DNA of 64,000 nt from Thermoanaerobaculia bacterium. Its GTDB lineage: Bacteria > Acidobacteriota > Thermoanaerobaculia > Multivoradales > UBA5704. Both the position numbers and the translations under genes were made by a program. This document shows, piece by piece, positions 1 through 9,421 of this stretch. A model generated the notes under the pieces. It saw nothing but the letters and a program-made list of their open reading frames with translations, was not told where the DNA came from and did no database searches. Position 1 is the stretch's first letter. Every line of letters begins with the position of its first letter. The stretch is from NCBI GenBank assembly GCA_044226625.1, contig JBGAGQ010000016.1, positions 35,804-99,803 of the forward strand, in the 5' to 3' direction.

Positions 1-1243
1 GCTCGGTCACCAGTCGGCGCAAGGTTTTAAGGTATGACGCCTCGTCCGGGTCGATCGCGGCGGAGGTCAATCCGCGTCGAAGCGCCCCGGGCCAGTCGGC
101 GCCGACGATCCGGAAATACGGATAGAAGTGTTGCGGCACGCCCCAACCCACGGCGACGCCGGCAAGCCGCGTCGTGCGGTCGAGACCGCTCGGCACGAAA
201 CCGGCCGGTTTCGCCGGCACGGGAAGCGTCGGCGGCGAGGACGCATGCGGCAACGTTCCCTGACCGTCCGCCGGCAACGCCACCGGAACCACGGCCGAGA
301 CCCCGGCGCCGAGATCGGCGACGATCGGCAAGCCGATCGGCCTCGTCCGAGACGACAGCGCGCCCGCCCAACGCCCCGCCGTGGCACCGGAAACGCGCTG
401 GAAGTCGTACTCCGCCCCGAACGGCTCATGCGAGGGGATCCACCCGCGCGGAGATAGACCGGCGAGCCCCTCTTCGAATCCCGGGTTGATCAGTTGGCCG
501 GTGAGATCGAGGCCGTCGGCGCTCATCCGGACGTCGTCGAAGGAAAACCGGCCGGCCCCGGAGAGCTCGAACGAGAGAGTCGCCAGAACCGCTCCGGCCG
601 GGACCTCGGCGAGGAGCTCGATGCGCCGCCACCCCTCGTGGCCGTTGCCTCCGGCGACCGTCTGAGAGAAGACCACGGGGTCTCCCCCGCCGGCCGGAAC
701 GGCGCTCAGCCGGATCGCCGCCTGCCCCGCCGCGTCGTCGAGGCGAGTCGAAACGGAGATGCGCACCCGGTGGCCGCGCAGGCGAAGGACATCCAGCTCC
801 TGGGCGACCGTCGCCGTAGCGCCGTTGGGAAAGCGGCCGACCTCCACGCGCTCGCTCTGGTACGAGGTGAAGGCGACGTGGAGGTCGAGACCTTCATGGC
901 GCCAGGCGATCCAGCGGAGCGTCGCGGAGGCGGGAGCGGTCGCGGTCGAATCGGACACCGCCGGAGTCACCGGAACGGCGTGCGAAGACAGAGGGAACGG
1001 CAGCACCTGGACGGTCGGCGCGATGCCTTCGAACAGGGAGGAGAGCGCGGCGGCGAGCTCGCGCGGATCGCGAGCGCCGAAGTAACGGACATACCCGACC
1101 AGGCGGGAGAGGGCTGTGAGATTCGCGAGACCCCGATCGTCGAGCGGCCGGGGCGGCACGTCGCCCGTCGCCGCGGAAAGGGCGAGGGGCAGAAGGAAAA
1201 GCCATCCGAGAAGGATGGCGAGAAGCAAGGGTCGTCGGTTCAC
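1..1243 (-). CDS. S41-family peptidase, secreted (5' part; runs off the window edge)
   Basis: Not in the ORF track because no stop lies in the window. GTG at 1243 follows AAGGAG. Signal peptide NRRPLLLAILLGWLFLLPLALSA; motifs LANLTALSRLVGYVRYF and TRLAGVAVGWGVPQHFYPYF...DWPGAL...LRRLV, typical of this S41 group, are in the same frame. Confidence 0.75.
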   Translation of the reverse strand, partial: MNRRPLLLAILLGWLFLLPLALSAATGDVPPRPLDDRGLANLTALSRLVGYVRYFGARDPRELAAALSSLFEGIAPTVQVLPFPLSSHAVPVTPAVSDSTATAPASATLRWIAWRHEGLDLHVAFTSYQSERVEVGRFPNGATATVAQELDVLRLRGHRVRISVSTRLDDAAGQAAIRLSAVPAGGGDPVVFSQTVAGGNGHEGWRRIELLAEVPAGAVLATLSFELSGAGRFSFDDVRMSADGLDLTGQLINPGFEEGLAGLSPRGWIPSHEPFGAEYDFQRVSGATAGRWAGALSSRTRPIGLPIVADLGAGVSAVVPVALPADGQGTLPHASSPPTLPVPAKPAGFVPSGLDRTTRLAGVAVGWGVPQHFYPYFRIVGADWPGALRRGLTSAAIDPDEASYLKTLRRLVTE

Positions 1244-1460
1244 GATAGCTCCTTCGAGTCGCGCCCGGCGAGTTTGCCGCGCGCGAAAGGCTCTATCTGT
1301 GAAATCGAAAATGCGGGCGCGAAGACGACAGAGCGTGTATTTCGCGGTCTCGTCTTGGGCCGCAAGAAATCGCCGCGGCTCGCACTCTCACCTCGGCGCC
1401 AACGTTTCGGCCTATTTCTGCTCGCTGATCGGGACGGAGAAGCGAAAGCCGCTAGCCGAC

Positions 1461-1740
1461 CGAGGAAGTCACTTCACGGCTTCGGGGCGCGCTCGCCGGT
1501 CCAGGAAGTCGCTTCCCACGCCAGGAAGTCCCTTCTCGGCGCAGGAAGTCACTTCCCAGCGCAGGAAGTCACTCGCCGGTTCAGGAAGTGACTTCCCAGC
1601 TCAGGAAATGACTTCCCGATTCAGGAAGCGACTTCCCAACGCAGGAAGTCACTCGCCGATTCAGGAAGTGATTTCCCGGCTCAGGCAGTGACTTTACACG
1701 CCAGGAAGTGACTTCCCAGAACAGGAAGTCACTTCCTGTA
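1461..1740. repeat. Tandem array of about 14 x 20-bp units with palindromic core CAGGAAGT(C/G)ACTTCC
   Basis: AGGAAG-type core recurs exactly every 20 bp from 1461 to 1741 (unit 1481 degenerate). The last unit, ACAGGAAGT-C-ACTTCCTGT, is a perfect 19-bp odd palindrome. Confidence 0.95.
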
Positions 1741-1780
1741 CCAGGAGACCGCCTTCGCCAGCATAAGTTCTCTTACGCCT

Positions 1781-2170
1781 TCACCAACACCGCACCCGGA
1801 GCGGGATGCGACACGCGCGATGCGAAAGCCGCGAGCCACAAGCGGATTTCATCGTCGTCGCCCGGAGCGAGGCAGACGTCGCGCGCGCGGCCGACAGCGA
1901 CCGCCAGCCGTACACGGAGACTCCCTCCCGCTCTCCCCCGTACACGAGGGCGGCGGGAGCTTGCGGGACGCCGACCAGGCGCCGCGAGAAGTCGAGCCCC
2001 GCGAAGAAGTCCGAGGCGACGGTCTGGGCGGATTTGCTCTCGACCGCCACGCGGTCGCGCCCCAGGTCCACGACCGCGTCGATTTCATGGCCGGTCGAAT
2101 CCCGCGAACGCCCGAACGTCGGGCTCTTCGAGAGACGCATACGCGTAGCCGGGGAACGCCGCCCGGACCG
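1781..2170 (-). pseudogene. Remnant of AAA_14/DUF4143 ATP-binding protein with a large internal deletion
   Basis: N-terminal piece VRAAFPGYAYASLEEPDVRAFA is joined out of frame near 2105 to the C-terminal PD-(D/E)xK-like piece RDSTGHEIDAVVDLGRDRVAVESKSAQTVASDFFAGL...ALVYGG. Confidence 0.7.
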
Positions 2171-2571
2171 CCCGGTGTCCGACAAGCCTTGCGTCAAGGG
2201 GTAGCCCTGGAATCCGCCGACCGCTTCCCTTCGGTCGCCGCGCTCGCCGAAGCCATCGAGCGAGGTCTCGTCGCGCCCGTCGAGGTCGCGAAGCCAGCTC
2301 TGAGTCGGCGAGCTTCCGCTGAGAAGCCGAAGTCTTCAAAACCGAATCTGCCCCTCCTTCCCTACCTGGAAGCGGAGGTCGCCAAGCTCCCAGAAGAAGA
2401 TCGTCGCGGGGCTGTTCTCGCGGCGATCGAAAGGGCTGCTTGGGAAGTAGTCGAGCGCCCAGGCGACGACGCCGAGGGTTTGGAGGTCGTCCGCGCTGAG
2501 CGGAAGATCCCAGACTCCAGAGATACCGCTACACACGGGGCTCGGTCTCCAGATGTGCGCGCCGAGCGTGT

Positions 2572-5500
2572 TTAACCGCGTGCCTGCGTGAGTTCGCTGT
2601 CGAGCGCCGCCCTTACGGACTCGATGTGACGCTTGTGCCCTTTCTCGACCCCCCAGTTGAGGATTGCAAGCTGATCATCCATACCTCTCGCTTGGATCGG
2701 CGTAACCCCTCGCTCAAAGACCCGCTTGTACTCCTCGACGACCTCTGCCTTCGAAGCGGCTTTGGCGATCTGCCCCTTGAGTAGAGCTTGAAGAAGGCGA
2801 GCGTCGGCAAGATTGATGGAGCTTTCGAAAACCGGCCGTGAATCGCGCAAGCGAGTCGCGCGATCGATCGTTATCTCGAGCCGCCCGAGCAGGTCTTGAT
2901 GAACCGCGCTATCCTTCGCGAGAGGTTGAAAAGCCAAGAATTGGCATAGGGCGTAATTTACCTCGTAGTAGACCACTTCGGGACGCTGCTTAGCTGCTGC
3001 TAGATAGATGCGGCTCGCAGCCTTCAAGGTTTCTCGGTGATCGTTGATGAACGCCAGCCGCTTGAATGCGCTGGCTTGTCGGGAGTAGCGATCGGCGGTA
3101 TCACCCAGCGATTGCAGCTGTTTCAGTCGCCCAAGGGCATTCTGAATCTTAGCGTTGGCCCATTCTCGGGGAGTTTGTCCGGAAGGCGTCTTTCCGAATC
3201 TGAATCGCTCGAAAGCGTCCTGCACGACGGTCCTGACCCACTGCTCCACCGCCTCGATCTCAACTCCTTCCGAGTCGGTCGCGAAGGCCGCGTCATAGAA
3301 TGCGAGGGCGCGCTCGAAGTCTCCAAGCTCCTGATAGACACGGGCCAGAGAGCTCGCCACCATCGGTCTGTGGAGCCAACCGGGCGGGAGCGTGCGTTCC
3401 AAGCGTTCGAGTCGCTCGCGCACACGTCGGCCACCATCGTTCTGCGGCACGCGCAGGTCGGCTACCAGGTTGTCGAGCGCGTTGCGAGCTTCGCCCGGAT
3501 CCACCCAGTGCGGTGCTTCCGACTGAATTTCCTGCGGCCCTCGAAGAGAATAGTAGGGATCGCCGTAGCACTGATAGGCCCCCCAGGTGTTGACTTCCGA
3601 GTGACAGCGATGGACTTCCTCTCTTGCCTGCAACACTGCATCCCCAAAGCAGGCTCCCCCAAGAAAACTCTGATAGAAGCGGGAAGCAAACGTCTTCGCG
3701 GCCTCGTCGTCCACCTCCCAACCTGCTGCGATCACCGCGCGCACGCCCATCCGGATGAGCTCCACTCCGAGGTTGGCTGCCAGCACAACTCGATCGGGTT
3801 GTGGCAACACCGAGGGCTTTCCTTCGTCCATTCGAGCCAGATGGCAAGCGTTGATGAAAACCAGGTTTGGAACCTCTCGTAGCTGCCGAATCTCTGCTGG
3901 CGTCAACAGAAGAAATGAGGGCTTGCCGTCCTCGTCGCCTTGAACTCCGATGACCAGGCCGCTGCGTTTCGAATTCTTCGGGTCGTGGGTGCCATGACCC
4001 GCGAGATGAACGACTTGATACCCGCGGCCCATAAGATGGCTCAGCAACTCAATGGGATCCGTGCTCTGGACATCGCCGACCTCGAACCGCCCCACAGAGG
4101 CGACATCGTATCCCCGCGATCGTAACGCGAGGCGAACTTCCCGTGCCTCCGCACGCGCTCCTGGAAGGGGAGGCAAGGTTGCGCTCGACGCCGGATCCGC
4201 AATCACGAGCGCGCTCGGGCGATCACAACGCAAGACGTGCTCCCGAAAGTCGTCCGTGACCAACTGACGCACCAAGCCGGTCCGAACCGCGAGCGGAGTT
4301 TGCGTTTGCCCACTTTGCGTGTCGGAGTCGTTGCCGCGGTCCACCAACAGCTCCCAAGGGAATTCCGCAGCGCGGTCATTCAGCTGAAACGCCAACCGCT
4401 GCTGCCCCTGGCTCAACCCTTTGAGCACTTCCGGGAGGAGCAGCTCATGCAGGGTCACGCCGATCGCAGGGTCCACTCTCGAAGAGCTGGTCGGCCGCCG
4501 GATCAAATCGCGAATCAGCTCGACCTGCGTCGCCACCAACTTCCGTTCCACCCGTGCCTTGTCGGTGTGCGCTACATAGCTCAGGGTGCCATCCTGGCTA
4601 TATTGGATCTGCAGCTGACGCCACCAACCACCGCGAGACTCTTCAAAGGCGCGACGACGCCCACCAGCCCAGCGCTGGAAGGGCCAACCTCCCTCGCGAA
4701 TCTCGACGTCTCCCGCGTCTGCCAACTCCCTGACGTGATGCGCCGCCCGCAATGCCCGGTCCTCCCACAACTCGATGACTTCGACTTCTTCGACCAGGGA
4801 AACGCCAGGCTCCGCGAGCTTCTCAAGGACTCGGTTCGCCGCGGTGACTCCTTTGAGGATTCCCCGAAGCGAATCCAGAAGCGTGAGCGTGGAACCCTCC
4901 GTCGAGCCGATCAGGAGGGTGCTGAATCGGCGGCCGATACCCTCGGGGAACGCCGGAGTGCGCCTGCGCTCCTTGAGCGCCATGACATAGCGCAAAACAC
5001 CTCGAGCCACGCCGTCGGCGAGGTCACCGGGCGTGAGCTCGCCGATCCTTCCCAGACCGACGACGATGGCTCCCAAATCCTGGCGCCCATCAGGGAATAT
5101 GACTTCGGCGGTGCCCGCAGCTCCCGGATAGAGCCCCACGGCAAGTCTGCGCCTCAATTCCCCGCCCAATCGACGATCGAGATCGGCCTCTGCCGAAAAT
5201 AGGCCATCGCCTTGGTAATGCCCCACAGCGGTGGCTGCCGTCGCATAGACCACATTCCCGTGGATTACGGAGACCTGCAGCAACCGTCGGTCCGCGCCGA
5301 GGGCTACGGCAGGCTCTGCCCCTAAGATGACCCGCTCGAGCTCTTGCGGCGAAGGGAGCGCGCCGACCGGAACGGCGAGATCCTCCAGGTCCACGCTACG
5401 CGCATTGGCTCGCGATGTGGGAGGTTGACTCGATAAACGCTGGGTGGCGCCGTCACGAAGGAGGTCTGCGTAGGCCTCGCCATCTCCAACCAACAAATCG

Positions 5501-7896
5501 CCGTGCACAGATCGCCGATACCAAGTCGGAACCCCCTGAGGGGGCCCGTCTTTCCACAATGAGCGCCCATCTCCATCGCCTTGCATCACTACCCAAGGCT
5601 GCCCCTTCGGGTCGAACCTTACGCGGTCGGGTGTGCCTTCCGACAGACCGGCGACATAGGTCATGCGGCTCGGGTCGACGGGTGCCGATGCCAGTCGCCG
5701 CCTCACTTCCGCGGCGGCCTTCAAGAGATCCTCCGGCGGGCGAACCCAGCCTACCGTTGCGGCATCCTTTTCCAATCGATCCCAGGCGCCAGGAGAGAAG
5801 AAATCCCATTCCGGGGTAGGTGCCGGTAGTAGCTCGAGTACGCCCGGGAAACGCGAGACGGTCTGAAGAATCTCCGCCATCGAGTGCTTGAGATCCATTC
5901 CCGCGAGCAGACGGATCATCCTGTCCTGACCGAGCAACACTGCGACGATACTCCACGATCCGCTGTTCGGAGTCCCCGCCATCACCAGCCTACAACCCGG
6001 TCGCTTTCGAAACTCCTCCCAAAGCTCAGGCCGCTCGGCGAAGGTCAGCCGAGCGACCAGCCCACCCATCGAGTGCGCCAGGATGCGAACAGGACGCTTG
6101 GAATCCGGGCGAAAGCGATCCGCAAGCGCGACGGCGAAATGCGTGGCGGCCTCCGCAAGTGATCTCCGCCAGTCATAGTCGAAGAGCTGCACGAAGTGGC
6201 TGACCGACAAGAAGTCAGCGATGCCCTGGTAGGCATCATGGAGCAAACCATCGGGCTTGGCAGGCTTCGAGCTGCGCAGGTCCAGCATCGAGAATCCGCC
6301 GAAGAGCAAGTTGTCGTAATCCACCCAAATGCGGTCTCCTCCGACGGAAAGGTGGCTCCCCATGATGCCCGGAAGGATGAAGAGGAAGGGTTTGGAACCG
6401 TCATCGGTCGGCTGTGCGAGCTTCACCGCTGGCGCCCGGCTCACGGCGGGTGCGCCCTCTTCAGCAGGAAAATCCTTACCATCGAGCGCATCGATCAGAC
6501 GCTGTCGGGTGCGGGGGTTGGCAAAGTAGTGGAAGTGATCCACTTCTCCCCCCCGATCTAGATATCGCTCGGTGCGCCCTTGTCTCGGTGCGCCGCCTTC
6601 CATGCCGGCGGTCTGCACGACGAGGTCGTGGTCCTCGCGAAAGAAAAGGTCAGCGGCGAGCACCTTGAGAGTGCCGAAGAAGCCGTGCCCCTGACAGTCA
6701 CCAGCGATCACGCTCAGCCGCCCTTCGACGATCACCTTCTGCCGGTTGAGCATGGCCACCAGGGGCGAGCCGGGCATTTGCGCCGCTAAGCCGGGGAGCT
6801 CATCCGGTCGCGTGCGGCGCTTTGCGAAGGCGAGCAGGGTGGACTTGGCGAAGCTGTATACGGGATTGCCCGCGGTTCCCGTGGCCAGACCAATAACGTT
6901 GAGGACAATTGAGAGCCAACGATCTAGTCGTTCAGAAGCCAGGATGGTCCCACGGGCGGTGGCGGCAACTCGGGCGAACCTCTCGATCTGCCACTTCTGT
7001 CGGCGAAAAATCTCGTTAAGACCCCTGAGTGCCTCCGGATCTCGCTCGCGCCACAAAGGGTCCTTGGCCTCCGTGAAGATGCGCAGATCCGACTCGTCGA
7101 AGGCAGGCAGGCCGTCCACACGCTGTGCGCGGCAGAGGAGTTCCCCTACCAGACCGCCCCTTGAGTGCGAAACCAAGTGAAGCTTCGCGTCCTGCGGCAC
7201 GAATGCGGCGAGCCCTTCGGCGAGCTTTAGAGCGGATTCGACCGGGCTCTCCGACAAGGTTCGATGCTCGAATGCGAGGATCCGCTTTCCGTAGCGTCGT
7301 TTGATCTCGGGCCACGCCGCGCCGCCGGCTCCCGCCTCCAGGGTAAGTTTGCCAAAGGCACCTTCGGTGCTCGACAGGGTGCCATGGACCAGGACCAAAA
7401 TCGGGTCGGTACCGGCCAAGAGTTTTGCCGGCTCGAGCTCGCCCGGTTGTTCGCAGGCATAGAGGCCGTCCCCGGGCTGACGTCGACTTTCCAGCTTCTC
7501 AGCCAGCTCCCGTGCTGCGAGGCCGGCGAGCGAATCGTCGACGCGGAAGACCCGCAACCCGGTCAGGATGAGGCTGCCGAGCCCCCTCTGGGCGCCAACA
7601 CGGATCGGTACCGCCGAGGGAATCAGCAGAGTGCCGGTGCTGTCCCGCACCGGCTGTACTTTGAGCTCGGTGGGGATCTCATCGACTCGCATCCACAGCT
7701 TGACTCCGTCCGCGAACTCCACTTCCACGACGTCGTCGTCGGCGGCTTCCAGACGCAGCTTATCGGCTTGGCCATCTCTGGTAGCGGCGATGCGGACCGC
7801 GTCGAGCGCTTGAGCGCCGATCAGGTCTTGCCAGAGCCCAAGGTCTGGTGGTCGGAGGGCTTCCCTCTGGCCGTTGACTTCGAGAATGCGCTGCAT
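2572..7896 (-). CDS. 1774-aa protein with two alpha/beta-hydrolase (lipase/LCAT-like) domains, a CHAT caspase-like protease domain and a C-terminal TPR-like region
   Basis: Lipase 1: LVHGTLSS, VSHSRGG. Lipase 2: LPGIMGS, LAHSMGG, GDGDG, VHGDL. CHAT dyad: HLAGHG and FINACH, plus FPWELL and WGAYQCYGDP. TPR-like LARVYQELGDFERALAFYDAA. GGAGG upstream. Confidence 0.88.
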   Translation of the reverse strand: MQRILEVNGQREALRPPDLGLWQDLIGAQALDAVRIAATRDGQADKLRLEAADDDVVEVEFADGVKLWMRVDEIPTELKVQPVRDSTGTLLIPSAVPIRVGAQRGLGSLILTGLRVFRVDDSLAGLAARELAEKLESRRQPGDGLYACEQPGELEPAKLLAGTDPILVLVHGTLSSTEGAFGKLTLEAGAGGAAWPEIKRRYGKRILAFEHRTLSESPVESALKLAEGLAAFVPQDAKLHLVSHSRGGLVGELLCRAQRVDGLPAFDESDLRIFTEAKDPLWRERDPEALRGLNEIFRRQKWQIERFARVAATARGTILASERLDRWLSIVLNVIGLATGTAGNPVYSFAKSTLLAFAKRRTRPDELPGLAAQMPGSPLVAMLNRQKVIVEGRLSVIAGDCQGHGFFGTLKVLAADLFFREDHDLVVQTAGMEGGAPRQGRTERYLDRGGEVDHFHYFANPRTRQRLIDALDGKDFPAEEGAPAVSRAPAVKLAQPTDDGSKPFLFILPGIMGSHLSVGGDRIWVDYDNLLFGGFSMLDLRSSKPAKPDGLLHDAYQGIADFLSVSHFVQLFDYDWRRSLAEAATHFAVALADRFRPDSKRPVRILAHSMGGLVARLTFAERPELWEEFRKRPGCRLVMAGTPNSGSWSIVAVLLGQDRMIRLLAGMDLKHSMAEILQTVSRFPGVLELLPAPTPEWDFFSPGAWDRLEKDAATVGWVRPPEDLLKAAAEVRRRLASAPVDPSRMTYVAGLSEGTPDRVRFDPKGQPWVVMQGDGDGRSLWKDGPPQGVPTWYRRSVHGDLLVGDGEAYADLLRDGATQRLSSQPPTSRANARSVDLEDLAVPVGALPSPQELERVILGAEPAVALGADRRLLQVSVIHGNVVYATAATAVGHYQGDGLFSAEADLDRRLGGELRRRLAVGLYPGAAGTAEVIFPDGRQDLGAIVVGLGRIGELTPGDLADGVARGVLRYVMALKERRRTPAFPEGIGRRFSTLLIGSTEGSTLTLLDSLRGILKGVTAANRVLEKLAEPGVSLVEEVEVIELWEDRALRAAHHVRELADAGDVEIREGGWPFQRWAGGRRRAFEESRGGWWRQLQIQYSQDGTLSYVAHTDKARVERKLVATQVELIRDLIRRPTSSSRVDPAIGVTLHELLLPEVLKGLSQGQQRLAFQLNDRAAEFPWELLVDRGNDSDTQSGQTQTPLAVRTGLVRQLVTDDFREHVLRCDRPSALVIADPASSATLPPLPGARAEAREVRLALRSRGYDVASVGRFEVGDVQSTDPIELLSHLMGRGYQVVHLAGHGTHDPKNSKRSGLVIGVQGDEDGKPSFLLLTPAEIRQLREVPNLVFINACHLARMDEGKPSVLPQPDRVVLAANLGVELIRMGVRAVIAAGWEVDDEAAKTFASRFYQSFLGGACFGDAVLQAREEVHRCHSEVNTWGAYQCYGDPYYSLRGPQEIQSEAPHWVDPGEARNALDNLVADLRVPQNDGGRRVRERLERLERTLPPGWLHRPMVASSLARVYQELGDFERALAFYDAAFATDSEGVEIEAVEQWVRTVVQDAFERFRFGKTPSGQTPREWANAKIQNALGRLKQLQSLGDTADRYSRQASAFKRLAFINDHRETLKAASRIYLAAAKQRPEVVYYEVNYALCQFLAFQPLAKDSAVHQDLLGRLEITIDRATRLRDSRPVFESSINLADARLLQALLKGQIAKAASKAEVVEEYKRVFERGVTPIQARGMDDQLAILNWGVEKGHKRHIESVRAALDSELTQARG

Positions 7897-8377
7897 CAGC
7901 CATCCCTCCGCGATTCAGTTGCCCGCACAGCAAGGACACTCCTGTTCCTCTTGTGACGGACGCAGCGAGAAAACGAGCCAAAATCGGCCCCGAGCCACCT
8001 CGATGCGCCTGCCAGCGAGATCGCGTTGCCCGGTGACTCCTCCAAAGGCTCCACGACCTCGGACTTCAAGTGGAGGTCAAGATCGCGGCATAACCCATCA
8101 GCTCTAACCCAGGAGGCAGCTTCTTTTTAGGTCGGCAAAGTGCCATACGAAATCCCCTGTTTTCGCTTGCAACAAACCCCGGCCGCCCGGCCGCTGCGAG
8201 ACACCTTTCCAAATTTCTTCGCAAAGCGCTCACCCAGGAGGCATAGGGGGCGCGTAGCTGACGAACGCGGTGTTTCGATCGGCCATGGGAGAAACGCATC
8301 CTAGCGTTCTCACCAATGCGGTACCCTGCATGCGTTACGACAACCGCGATGCGATCGCCGCGATCCGACGGCCGCGA

Positions 8378-9421
8378 CTACAACCCGATCTCGTCGCCGT
8401 CTTCGAGCAGCTTGAATCCGTGCGCCGCAATCTCCCGCCGCTCGGCGTCGCCCGCCCGGAGCGCCAGGTTCGAGTGGTTCAGGTGCGTAAAGCGGACTTC
8501 GAGCTTCCCCGCTTTGACGAGCGGCCCGAGAAGCTCCATCGTGTCGGCGATCAGCGGATGGCCGATCGTCGCGGGATCGCGGTCGGGTAGCTCGGCGCGG
8601 GAGTAGAAGGTGCCGTCGAGCAGCGCGAGGTCGATTCCCTTTGCGGCGATCACGTCGGGGAGCGGCGATTTCCATGCTCGCCAGGAGTCGGTGTCGGGCA
8701 CGTAGAGCACCGTCCTTTTCGCTCCGCGGATGATGAAGCCGTGGGTGTCCGAGAGCTCGTCGCGATGGGGCACCTGGATCGGTTCGATCGAAAGGCCCGA
8801 CTCCAGCTCGAACGGGGCGCCGGAGGCGAATTCGTGGAGGACGACGTTCTTCTGGGCGACGAGTTGGCTCCAGGGTCCGTTCGAGCGGAGATAGGAGGCC
8901 ATCCGCGCGGAGGCCCAGATGGGGATCTCGCGGCTCGACAGGGTCTCGAAGCCGAGCCAGGCAAGGCCGAGGTAGTGGCCGATGTGGGCGTGGGTGAGCA
9001 GGATGCCGTCGACCGGCTGGCGGTCGGTTCGGTCCGTGGGATGAGACCGCCAGCGGTGGATCGCCTCGGTTTGCGCCGGTAGGTCCGGTGTGGCGTCGAT
9101 CAGGTAGGTCTTTCCCGACGGCGCGCGGAGGGCAAGGCTCGCCACCTTGCGGGCGAGCCGGGGATCTCTCCGGGCGAGCTCGCAGCGGTCGCAGGAGCAC
9201 GCGACCTGCGGGTAGCCGCCGTCCTGTGCGGTGCCGAGCGCGATGATCGCCGCGGGTGCGGCGGGCGCGGTCGGCGCGGACGCGGGCTTCGGATCCCCCT
9301 CCCCTACCCTCGGAGCTGGGCCGACCGCGGGCTCGGCTCCCCGAAGGGAGGACGACATCGAGAGGAATAGGACCAGCGCGCCGCCGAGGATTCCGAGCAG
9401 CAGGGCGCGCCCGCGGCTCAT
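8378..9421 (-). CDS. PqqB-like MBL-fold metallo-hydrolase with N-terminal signal/TM segment
   Basis: LGTAQDGGYPQ, CSCDRC, LIDATPD, LTHAHIGHY, VPHRDE, DGTFY, THLNHSN. ATGA overlap with the upstream gene. Confidence 0.8.
   Translation of the reverse strand: MSRGRALLLGILGGALVLFLSMSSSLRGAEPAVGPAPRVGEGDPKPASAPTAPAAPAAIIALGTAQDGGYPQVACSCDRCELARRDPRLARKVASLALRAPSGKTYLIDATPDLPAQTEAIHRWRSHPTDRTDRQPVDGILLTHAHIGHYLGLAWLGFETLSSREIPIWASARMASYLRSNGPWSQLVAQKNVVLHEFASGAPFELESGLSIEPIQVPHRDELSDTHGFIIRGAKRTVLYVPDTDSWRAWKSPLPDVIAAKGIDLALLDGTFYSRAELPDRDPATIGHPLIADTMELLGPLVKAGKLEVRFTHLNHSNLALRAGDAERREIAAHGFKLLEDGDEIGL

Noticed and set aside
494-1691. Plus-strand ORFs of 365 and 191 aa running through the repeat array
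   Set aside because: They are antisense shadows of the S41 gene, and the 20-bp period gives no consistent peptide repeat.
1461-1740. CRISPR array interpretation of the 20-bp palindromic repeats
   Set aside because: The variable part is only 5-6 bp, the repeats are degenerate, and there are no cas genes in the window.
2336-2536. 66-aa minus-strand ORF downstream of the CHAT gene as a protease substrate
   Set aside because: No clear RBS or recognisable motif; it may be a gene remnant but cannot be supported.
8107-8243. 12-bp direct repeat ACCCAGGAGGCA upstream of the CHAT gene
   Set aside because: Only two copies, 125 bp apart, with no partner at the other side of the CHAT gene, so an att or operator call is unsupported.
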